DNA of 64,000 nt from Rhynchobatus australiae (Eukaryota): positions 46,923,925 through 46,987,924 of the forward strand of contig JAUZTB010000001.1 of NCBI GenBank assembly GCA_034780895.1, written 5' to 3'. Position 1 is the first letter of the stretch; every line of letters starts with the position of its first letter. This document shows positions 30,001-42,000 of this stretch, piece by piece. Position numbers and translations under genes: made by a program. The notes beneath the pieces were generated by a model. It saw only the letters and a program-made list of their open reading frames with translations, did not search any database and was not told where the DNA came from.

Positions 30001-33000
30001 TCTTCACATGAGCACATGCTGACCACTTTTCACTCCCTTTTGTTTGCATTTCTACAATGTATTGGGTAATTCTGCTACCGCCGTCATGTTCTGGCTTCTC
30101 CCATGTAAGGGACACAAATTTTCTTGTCACATCCACTACTGTTATTTTTCCTGGAGGCTGTGGCACTTCAGATATTTTAACTGGGTCAACAGTTTCTGCA
30201 GGTAATCCAATTCCATGCTCATTTTCAGCAGTTACTCTAAAATAATAATTGCAACCTTCCTGAAGTTGTTCTATCTTAAAAGATGTCTTGTGGCAGTTGG
30301 TAATGACGGCTGAATATGCCTTCCTTGTGGATTCTCGCTTTTCTACAATGAAATTTTTAACTTTGGCACCTCCATCCAAAAGAGGATGTTCCCAGGATAA
30401 AGTGACACTATCTTTAGTTATCTCTTTGACTTTAAGATTAACTGGTGGGCTTGGTGTATCAAGGACCCTCACATTAACAAAGGCAGATTTTGTTCCACTA
30501 CTATTCTCCAAATTTAATATGTATTTTCCAGAGTCATATCTGTTAACATTATCAATTACAAGTAATGTATAACTTTCAGAAACTTCAATCTGTGCAGTGT
30601 CTCTTATTTCACCATCTGCTTTGGCCCATTTCACTTCTGGAGTTGGCCGGCCTCTAATAGGAACGAATAACCTCAAAGAACAACTGGCTCTGACATTNNN
30701 NNNNNNNTGACATTAATAATCTTCCTTAGATCTGCATCAAGGTCAAGATCTGGGGGTTCCAATTTATCTTCCAAAATGACAGTACCAGGAAAATCAGCAT
30801 GTTCACCAACTCCAGCCTTATTGATAGCACAGACACGGAACTTGTATTCGTGTTTTTCCAGCAATTTATCCACTTCAAATCGGGTTTGTGTAATCCCACT
30901 TGATGCTGTGCACATTGTCCATTCATCAGTACTTACATCACACATCTCTACAAGGTATCCTTGGATTTCACATCCACCATCATAAATAGGTTTTCCCCAT
31001 GATAGGAAGACAGAAGATTTTGTAAAATCAATTACTTTAGGATTGTTTGGTGGTCCAGGTTTGTAGATTGGGTCAGATNNNNNNNNNNGATGCCTTATAG
31101 AAAATGGAGCATGGACTTGGTTCACTGACACCAGCAGCATTTTCTGCAGATACCCTGAATTCATAATTATGATTTTCAATAAGCCCAGTAGCTCTGAAAC
31201 GTAGTTCACTGATCAGTCGTTTGTTACACCTTGTCCATCGTATTCCTTCTTTGTCACGTTTTTCCAAAATGTAACCTTGAATTTCACTACCGCCATCAGA
31301 TGCTGGTCTTCCCCATGCAACTATCATTGAATCCTTTGTGATAGTTGTAACCTCAGGTGTCTTTGGTGCATCAGGGCAGACAAATGGATTCCTTGCTATT
31401 ACAGAGTCAGATTCAAGGGCCTCGCCTACACCATATTTGTTTACACCCATAACACGGAAGATATATTCATTTCCTTCCAGAAGTTTGGTAACTTTGCAAC
31501 TTAAAGTTTGTACATTAGAGTCAACTAGTGTCCAGACTAAACGACTTGTTTCTCTTTTTTCAACAATATAATGTGAAACATCACTACCACCATCTTGTAT
31601 TGGTGGCTTCCAGTTTAATGTGCATTTCTCAGCAGTTATTCCACTTATGGTGATTGGCCCTTCTGGCGGCCCTGGTTTGTCTAGCACCTTCACATTAACA
31701 GTTACAGACTTTTGACCGGCTACATTCTTTACCAGAAGGGTATAGGGGCCACTGTCTACACGAATGGTTTCTTTCACAGACAGAACTGTATTAAAGTCAG
31801 TACTTCTAATTTCAAGCCTAGCTGTATTTGAAAGTTCTTGGTCTCCTTTCATCCACTGGATTGTAGGTATTGGTTTGCCATAAACATCAGCTTCAATTTT
31901 GAATGATTCATCTGCATGCATTACAAGAACATCCTTATATTGTGGATCCATGCTAATNNNNNNNNNNNNNNNNNNNNNNNNNNNNNNNNNNNNNNNNNNN
32001 NNNNNNNNNNNNNNNNNNNNNNNNNNNNNNNNNNNNNNNNNNNNNNNNNNNNNNNNNATTCGTGGTGGGTCTACTTCATCTCTAACAGTGATTGGACCAG
32101 TGGATTCAGAAGGTTCACTGAAAACACCAGCTGCGTTTCTTGCAATTACTCTGAACTCATATCTCTGGTCCTCTACTAAGCCAGTTACAGCAAACTGGGT
32201 ATCAATGACATTAGTAAAGCTTGCCTTCATCCAGCGGCCATCAGGAAGTTCTTTCTTTTCAACAATATAGCCAGTGACTTTACTGCCACCATCATATTCA
32301 GGCTTGGTCCACTGTAGTGTCACTGAATTTCTAGTGACAATTATAGCTTCAGGACGACCTGGAGGATCGCAAGGGTCTCTAGCTGCGACACATTCAGATA
32401 ATTTACTTGGTTTTCCAATGCCAACAATGTTTTCAGCGTACACCCTATATTCATATTCTATGCCTTCTTCAAGATTAGTGGATTTGCATTTAGTATCAGT
32501 AATAAGTGTTTTATTCAGTTTGATCCACAAAATGCTGTTTCTTTCTTTGCGTTCAAGATGGTAACCTAGAACCTTACTACCACCGTCATTGACAGGTTCA
32601 TTCCATTGTACTACCATACTGTCTTTTGTGACATTTGTTAAGAATGGAGTACCAGGTGGGCCAGGGGCTTTGTAAGGATATTGTGCCACAATAGATTCAG
32701 AAATAAGATAACTACTCTTTCCATATCTATTTTCAGCTGCAATTCTAAATTGATATTCAGTACCAGTCTTCAAACGTGCAGCTTTGATTGTTGTACGGGC
32801 AACAGTGGCAGAAATCATCTGCCAAACAGTGGTTGAAGTGTCTCTTTTTTCAACGATGTAATTGCTGATCTGACAGCCGCCATCATATTCTGGTGGTTTC
32901 CATGATATTGAAATGCAATCTGCAGTAACATCATCAATTGTGACTGGTCCAGTTGGAGGTCCAGGTTTGTCTAAAACAATAATGCTAAGATTTTCAGATG

Positions 33001-36000
33001 CTTCACCAGCACTATTTGTAAGTTTCACATTATACTGACCAACATCTTCACGACAGGCTTCCTTAATGATGAGAACTGTTTTATTGTCTTTGCTTTCAGC
33101 ATTAATCCGTGTTGTTTGTTTTAATGTTTGATTATCTTTTAGCCAAGATACTGTTGGTTGAGGCCGCCCAATAAATGGCACATCAACTTTTAAGTCTTCT
33201 CCTGCCAGGACACTGAAGGTGGTAAATAGAAGCTTAAAAGCAGGGGCAATCATAAGATCCTTTGCAACTACTGGAACTCCCAGTTGTCGAGGATCACTGA
33301 TACCTTTCTCATTTTGCGCTGATACTCGGAACATATACTCTTCACCCTGTGTCAACCCTGTTATTGTGGCTTCAGTTACTTTCACAGTTGCACATGTTGT
33401 CCATTTTTCACTGCCTTTACTTTGCATTTCCACTCTGTATCCTAAAATTCTGCTGCCTCCATCATGTTCTGGTTTCTCCCATGATAAAACAACACTGCTT
33501 CTTGTTACATCCACAAGTGTTACTTTGCCTGGTGGAAGTGGTCGCTCTGATGCTTTAACTGATTCAGATGTCTCAACAGGAAGACCTATCCCATATTCAT
33601 TTTCAGCAAGAACACGGAAGTAATAGTTACAACCTTCCTGTAAGTGATCCACCTTCCAACTTGTCTTATGACAGTTGGCAATTACTGTGGAATATGCTTT
33701 TCTTGTTGACTCTCTTTTCTCCACTATGTAGTTTTTAATCTTGGAGCCACCATCAATAAGTGGAGGTTCCCATGTAACTGTAACAGAGTCTTTGGAAACC
33801 TCCTTAATTTTAAGATTTTGTGCTGGTCCTGGAGTATCCAGAACTCTAACATTGACAAAAGCTGACTTGCTGCCACCACTGTTCTCCACCGTTAGGATAT
33901 ATTTGCCACTATCAAACCTATTCACATTTGGAATGATAAGGAGAGAGTAAGAGCTTGTATTCTCAATTGATGCTCTATCTAGGGGTTCCCCATCTTCCCT
34001 TGCCCATTTAATCTCAGGTGCTGGTCTTCCTCTAATTGTAACAAATAATCTCAAAGTACAGCAAGCTCTTATAGACACCACTTTGCGCAAATCTGCATCA
34101 AGCTCAATCTCAGGAGGCAATAATCTATCTTCAGCTTTAGCTGTTCCAGGAATTTGTGCGGGTTCTCCAACACCTTCAGAATTGATAGCATATATGCGAA
34201 CTTTGTACTCTTGGTTTTCTTTTAAATCTATAATTGTGAATGATGTAGCCTTGAGTCCACTCTGTGGGGTTACAACTGTCCATTCATCTTCTTCAGGGAG
34301 ACATGTTTCCACCATGTAACCTGTGATTTCTGAGCCACCATCATAAATTGGTTTATTCCACGCAATAGTGATGGAAGATCTGCTGGTATCTAGCACTCTG
34401 GGGTTACCTGGTGGCCCAGGTTTGAACACAGTGTCACATGCTTTGTAGTACGAGCTTGAAGAACTGGGTTGACTTACACCGGCAGCATTTTCAGCCAGGA
34501 TTCTATATTCATATTCATGCCCTTCTGTGAGCTTACCAACTTTGTATCGTAAATCAGTAACTATTCTTTTGTTACATTTAACCCATCTCATTCCTGTCTT
34601 GTCACGTCTTTCAATAATGTAGTTAGTGATCTCACTTCCGCCATCAGATTCAGGATGTCCCCAGCAAACCACCATGGAATCCTTTGTAATTGCTGTTACT
34701 TCAGGGTTCTTTGGTGGGCTAGGTGGTACAAATGGATTAACAGCAACAACAGGATCAGATTCTAATGGTTCACCTACTCCATACTTATTTACTGCCATAA
34801 CACGGAAAATGTATTCATTTCCTTGCAGAAGTTTGGTTATCTTCAATTTGGTAACTTGAACATCTGTAGCCACATTTGTCCAAGCAAGTCTACTGGTTTC
34901 ACGTTTTTCAATGACATAATGTTCAATCTTTGCTCCCCCATCATCTGGTGGTGGTAACCATGATATCACACACTTTTCTGCTGTAACATCTGAAATTACA
35001 ATAGGCCCCTCGGGTGGTCCTGGTCGATCCAAAATTTTGACATTAAACACATGTTTTGCTGATCCTCCAGGATTGGATGCAGTGAGTGTATAGGCACCAC
35101 CATCTCTTCTCACACTGTCCTTATGGATCAGTACAGTAGAGAAATCTGTCATCTTTACTTCTACTTTTCCTGTTTCTTCAAGATCACTTCCATCTTTTGT
35201 CCAAACCATTGTTGGTGGTGGTTGTCCTCTAACATCTGCCTCAAGTTTAAATACTTCACCAGCTTTCAATAATAAAACACTCTTGAATTTAGCATCAACC
35301 AGTATTTTGGGTTCTTCAATGTCATCTCTGCATATTATTGCATCAGTAGGCTCAGATGGTTTGCTTACTGCACCGGCAGCATTTCGAGCTACTATGCGGA
35401 ATTCATATGTATCACCTTCATTAAGACCACTGACGGTAAACATAGTCTCCAACACATTGCTGAAGTTTGCCTTAAGCCAGCGACCATTAGGTATATCCCT
35501 CTTTTCTACTGTGTAACCAGTTATCTTGAAGCCTCCATCATATTCTGGTCTTGTCCATGTGAGTGTAATTGAATGTCTTGTAACATTCATTGGAACTGGC
35601 TTACCAGGAGGATCAATGGGGTCCAGTGCATAAACTGGTTCTGATGCTTTGCTTGGTTTACCTTTACCAGCCATGTTTTCTGCTATGACACGGAATTCAT
35701 ATGCAATGCCATCAGTAAGCCCAGAGGATTTAAATGTGGTACCTGCAATCAAAGTCTTGCTTACAGTTTGCCAAAGTATACTATTTCTTTCCTTTCTTTC
35801 AATGTGGTATCCTAAGATGGGACTTCCACCATCAGTAATGGGATCATTCCAGGTGATTGTCATTGAATCCTTATTAACAGCAATAACTTGTGGAGTTCCA
35901 GGTGGCCCTGGCACTTTAAATGGATATGTTGCGACAACTGCCTCTGAGACAATTGCAGGACCAGTACCATATCTATTCTGAGCCTTAATTCGGAACTGGT

Positions 36001-39000
36001 ATTCAGTTCCAGTGGTAAGGTGAGGAGCTTTAAATGTTGTACGTATCACCGTAGCTGCCAGTTCTATCCATGATGTGCTGTTGGTCTCACGCATTTCAAC
36101 TACGTAATTGTTTATTGGCACACCACCATCATTTTCAGGAGNNNNNNNNNNNNNNNNNNNNNNNNNNNNNNNNNNNNNNNNNNNNNNNNNNNNNNNNNNN
36201 NNNNNNNNNNNNNNNNNNNNNNNNNNNNNNNNNNNNNNNNNNNNNNNNNNNNNNNNNNNNNNNNNNNNNNNNNNNNNNNNNNNNNNNNNNNNNNNNNNNN
36301 NNNNNNNNNNNNNNNNNNNNNNNNNNNNNNNNNNNNNNNNNNNNNNNNNNNNNNNNNNNNNNNNNNNNNNNNNNNNNNNNNNNNNNNNNNNNNNNNNNNN
36401 NNNNNNNNNNNNNNNNNNNNNNNNNNNNNNNNNNNNNNNNNNNNNNNNNNNNNNNNNNNNNNNNNNNNNNNNNNNNNNNNNNNNNNNNNNNNNNNNNNNN
36501 NNNNNNNNNNNNNNNNNNNNNNNNNNNNNNNNNNNNNNNNNNNNNNNNNNNNNNNNNNNNNNNNNNNNNNNNNNNNNNNNNNNNNNNNNNNNNNNNNNNN
36601 NNNNNNNNNNNNNNNNNNNNNNNNNNNNNNNNNNNNNNNNNNNNNNNNNNNNNNNNNNNNNNNNNNNNNNNNNNNNNNNNNNNNNNNNNNNNNNNNNNNN
36701 NNNNNNNNNNNNNNNNNNNNNNNNNNNNNNNNNNNNNNNNNNNNNNNNNNNNNNNNNNNNNNNNNNNNNNNNNNNNNNNNNNNNNNNNNNNNNNNNNNNN
36801 NNNNNNNNNNNNNNNNNNNNNNNNNNNNNNNNNNNNNNNNNNNNNNNNNNNNNNNNNNNNNNNNNNNNNNNNNNNNNNNNNNNNNNNNNNNNNNNNNNNN
36901 NNNNNNNNNNNNNNNNNNNNNNNNNNNNNNNNNNNNNNNNNNNNNNNNNNNNNNNNNNNNNNNNNNNNNNNNNTATAATGTAATTGGTTATTCTTGAACC
37001 ACCATCGATCATTGGCATATCCCACTGCATTGTAATGCTATCTTTTGTTATTTCTTTGGCTCTGAGATTCATAGGTGGTCCTGGTGAATCAAGAACTTTC
37101 ACATTTACAAAACCACTCTTTTTACCAGCAACATTTTCAAGACACATTGTATACTTTCCAGCATCATATCTAGTGCATTCTGGGATACGTAGGAATGTGT
37201 ATGAATCTGTAGTTTCTACAGTGGCATGGCCTTTAACAGGGATGTCTCCTTTAAACCACGTGACTTCAGGAGTTGGTCGCCCCTTGATTGGTACGAAAAT
37301 GCGAATGGTTGCTCCAGCTCTGATAACAAGAGTTCTTCTTAACTCAGCATCTAACTCAAATTCAGGTCCTTCTTCACGTTCCTTAATTTCAATAACATCT
37401 TCAACTTGTGCAGGTTCACCAACACCCTCTGCATTGAGTGCACTAACTCTAAAGTGGTATTTTTCTCCTGACTGAAGATTAGCAACAACAAATTCAGTAA
37501 TTCGGAGTGCAGTGCCTGTTGTGTCTTTTACCCAGTTTTCATCTCCCTCTTTCTTGTGTTCAACTATATAGCCAATAATGTCAAGGCCACCATCGTAATG
37601 GGGTCTTCCCCAAGTCAAACTAGCAGTAGTCTTTGTTGTGTCAACCACTCTTGGGTTAGAAGGAGGTCCAGGTACATCTGTAAGAGAAAAATATTTAATT
37701 AGATTTAACAATGCCTAGATTCGCAGAACAATTTTCCAAAACCGTTTAACGATAGTAATGTAAATTTAATCCTTACATGCAACATCTTTTGTCAATACTG
37801 ATTGTGATGGATCACTTGGTGGACCAAACCCTGCCTTATTCTCTGCGCTAACACGGAATTCATACTCAGTTCCTTCATTGAGTCCGGTTACTTTATATCG
37901 TAGATCTGAGATTGGTTTCTTTGTTACTCTAATCCATCTGAGTCCTTTCTTCTCTTTGCGCTCCACAATGTACCCTGTGATTTCACTACCACCATCATTA
38001 GCTGGTCTCTTCCAGCCAATAGTAACTGTATTCTTGGTCACATTAGTCACTTCAGGTCTTCAAGGGGGACCAGGAGGACCTGAAAGAGGAATATCACAAA
38101 AGCAGTTTACATTTCTGTCAAGCCAAGTATATAAGATAAAAACAGTGCAAAGCTTCATACTTTAAAATAAATGGATTACCAAAACTATCCACCATCTTAA
38201 CGGGTTCTGACTGTGCTGGCTCGCCAATTCCAAACTGATTTACAGCAGAGATGCGGAAGATATATTCATTTCCCTGTATAAGTTTGCTTGCTATATATCT
38301 ACAGCTTGGAACATCTTCAGCAACCAAAGTCCACAGAAGACGACTGGTTTCTCTCTTTTCAATCGTGTAAGATTTGACTGGAGAACCCCCATCTTCGGTT
38401 GGTGGTAACCAATTTAGGGTAACTTTTTCAGATGAAACATTGCTTAGTTCAATAGGTCCTGGAGGACCTGGAACATCCAACACTTTCACACGTACATTTT
38501 CTTCTTTGGTCCCGAATGGATTGCTTGCAGTGATAGTATATTCACCAGAATCTTTTCTGGTAGCATATTTAACGGACAGTGTTGAGGATGTTGGAGTTTC
38601 TTCAATGTAGACAATGTCAGAAACCTTGAAGTCTTTCCCACCCTTGGACCACACTGATGTTGGTAGAGGTTTGCCAAGAATACTTGTNNNNNNNNNNGTA
38701 ATAGTATCACCAGCTTTAACTGTTAAGCCTTCTTTAACTGTTGGATCAATCACAATTGTTGGTGCCACTGCAAGGTAAAAAAAATAAAGAATGGTATTAA
38801 TAATACTCGTTTTTTCATATTTAATCATATGATCATGTAGGGTGAGAAGAGAAAATTACGTACCATATTCATCCTGGCACATAATAGTTCCTGTTGTTTC
38901 AGATGGCAGACTAATTGCTCCTGCTGCATTCTTTGCCTTTATACGGAATTCATACTTACAGCCCTCAGTAAGGTCATTAACAGTAAAAGCACATTCTTGA

Positions 39001-42000
39001 ACGTTAACATGATTTGCTTTCATCCAGGTCTTTGAAGGCAGGTCACGTTTCTCAACAATGTAGCCAATTCGTTTGTGACCTCCATCATATTTTGGTTCAG
39101 TCCAAATTAAGGTTACAGAGTTGCGGGTAACATTAATGACTTCAGGTTTTCCAGGAGGATCTGAAAATAAACATTTTAGATGTCAGATGATGATTTTGAC
39201 ATGTATAATATGGAATAATAAATGAGCAACTGTACACTAGCTTTCACCTACCAATTGGATCAAGAGTAGTTACAGGATGCGATGGTCCACTTGGTTTGCC
39301 AATACCAGCCAAGTTAATTGCCATAACTCTAAATTCATATTCAAGACCTTCAGTCAGGCCTGGGACTCTAAGATCCTTCATTCTTAATGGCGTCTTACTT
39401 GCTCGCTTCCAAAGGAGACTGTTTCTTTCCTTATACTCCACATGATAGCCTGGTGCAAAAAAAAACTGTTATAAAATTCTGTGTGTTTAACTATTGGTGT
39501 AAAGGAAGATATTTATTCCTTGTACCTGTGATAGGGGATCCACCAGTCCTCTTTGGATCCAACCATGTCAGGGAGACAGAGACATGTCTGACTGCAACTA
39601 TTTCTGGCGGCAAAGGAGCATCGGGCACATCTTGGGGAAGGGGAAAGAGAAACATTAATCAGCTTTAAAATAAATATTGCACCCTAATCAAAATTTAGTT
39701 GCAAAATTGAATGACGCTTACCAAATGGATGCCTGGCTATGACAGGATTCGATTTTAACCCTTCCCCCACTCCATATTTATTTTCAGCACTGACTTTAAA
39801 CACATATTCTGTTCCTTCATGAAGCCTTGTAACTTTGAATGTTGTTTTTTGTACAGCAGAGGCACACGTTNNNNNNNNNNGTTACCCATTTATTGGTGAC
39901 GTTATCCCGCTTTTCCAAAATATAATTTGTTATTTCTGAGCCACCATCATCCTTCGGGGGGCCCCAGCTTAAAGTAATTGCATCTGCTGTCACTTCGTTG
40001 AAACGTAGTGGTGCAGTTGGTATTCCAGGTTTTCCAACTACTTTCACGAATATTGAAGCTTCTTTTGTGCCAGCAGAATTCTTCAAGTTAATTGTGTATT
40101 TTCCAGCATCGTTCTTTTGACATTCTCGAACTGCAAGACTTGTATTAATTGCTGAGGATTCCACAGATATTCTTCCACTTTCTTGCAGCTGGTCTTCACC
40201 TTTCCTCCATGTTACTTTTGGTGTAGGTTTGCCACTGATTGGAATCTTTATACGGATATTACTTCCCTCTTTGGCAATGTATGTTAGGTCAGGAATGTCT
40301 CTTAGATCAATATTTGGTGGAACTATTAAAANNNNNNNNNNNNNNNNNNNNNNNNNNNNNNNNNNNNNNNNNNNNNNNNNNNNNNNNNNNNNNNNNNNNN
40401 NNNNNNNNNNNNNNNNNNNNNNNNNNNNNNNNNNNAAAATCTTAAGACAAATTAAGAATTAACTTAACCTAGGTTCATGTATTTGGTTAAACAATTTCAA
40501 AAATATTATTTTTATAGTTAATGTCCAACACTAGCAATTATTGGAAGCACAGAGCAAATACGTTATGTATTTGACTTGTGTCAGCTTAATTATGGGGCAA
40601 ATGTAATTTATTAAGCTTTGGAACTTTCTCAGCAATAATGGAAACAAATGTATCTTCTACAACAGCAACAGGAGTAGCTCATATAACTGTTTAAAGAGAT
40701 TCAACTAGATCTCCACCAATTAGTACCTCACTTCCATTTACCCAATTTTGATCCATTTCACTTGATGTCCATTTTTATACCTCTTAATTTAACTCAAGGG
40801 ACTAGGACTATCTCAAATGGATTTGGATGTCCAGATTCATAAAACACTAAAACCTAGTTGAATGTTGGGAAGGATTGGAACAGAGAGAGAGGAAGTTGTG
40901 CTTTAGTTGTATAGAGGTTTGGCCAGACCTCATCAAGTGTATTGCAGTGAGCTCAGGGGACCACACCTTAGGAAGGAGGGAGTATAGAGCAGATTTAGCA
41001 GAATGAAATCAAAACAGTGTGTTAAATTATGGAAACACATTATATGAATTTGTGATATATTAGTCTGTGTTTAAGTTGTGGGTAATTTAGTTGATAGTTG
41101 AAATGATGAATGGATTCAGCAGAATGGATCCAGACATTTTTTCTGGTGGAGAAATTGAAGCAAAGGTTTGCAGTCTTACATTTATGTGACTTTACTAATG
41201 CTGAGTTAAATTAAGAGGTATGAAAATGGACATCAAGTGAAATGGATCAAAATTGGGTAAANNNNNNNNNNNNNNNNNNNNNNNNNNNNNNNNNNNNNNN
41301 NNNNNNNNNNNNNNNNNNNNNNNNNNNNNNNNNNNNNNNNNNNNNNNNNNNNNNNNNNNNNATTTTATTTGTTTTTCTTTACTGTCATTTTGCTATCTTG
41401 TTCAGAATGGTATAAAATTATTTCTGGTACTCCGTAAAAATAACATCGATAGAGTAGTCAGATATGACATTACGTTGAACCTACTGGTGAATCTTATCTG
41501 AATATTGTGGTTTTAGTTTAAGCATGTTGTTTGCCAATTAGATTATCTCATTGGGCCAAATCATCCAACAGGACAACTGCCCATGACTTCTACATAGTTT
41601 GAAATATGCACTGCTGCTTGAACTTCAATGAACCTCAGTTGGCCCTTTGGCAAACTGTGCACCATTTGTCGATCGTCTGTGCATGGGGGGAGGCTGCATA
41701 ACAAATTTCAGCATCCAGTGATTATGTACACTGATTTGTCCTCCAAGGTGACTGACAGAGAAACACTTGGAGAAGTTTCTTGGTTGTGTTTTGTCTCGGC
41801 ATGGAGAGTGGCCTCATAATCACCTACCAACACCAAATTGGGCACAGCTGATAAATGTCATCAAGGCATTTCATGACAAACAGCTGAGAGGAAGGATATA
41901 CTTTTTAAAAAAGAATAAATTATATCAGCAGCCTGTTTTACCCTCTTTTATCCTTATCAATACTCTCCCCTGACTATATGAACAATGTTCAGTGCTATAT

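Noticed and set aside
20138-37677. ~300-bp and ~3.25-kb periodic motifs (ccaccatcat, acacggaa) resembling an array or CRISPR
   Set aside because: These encode Fn3 consensus motifs (DGG, FRV) and the 11-domain super-repeat.
38060-38062. TGA as selenocysteine or programmed readthrough
   Set aside because: No Cys at the paralogous positions, no recognisable readthrough context (TGA-A), and no SECIS can be assessed here.
41700-41900. Possible RTE RT fragment ([10 protein letters not shown])
   Set aside because: Only one short motif; too weak to annotate.
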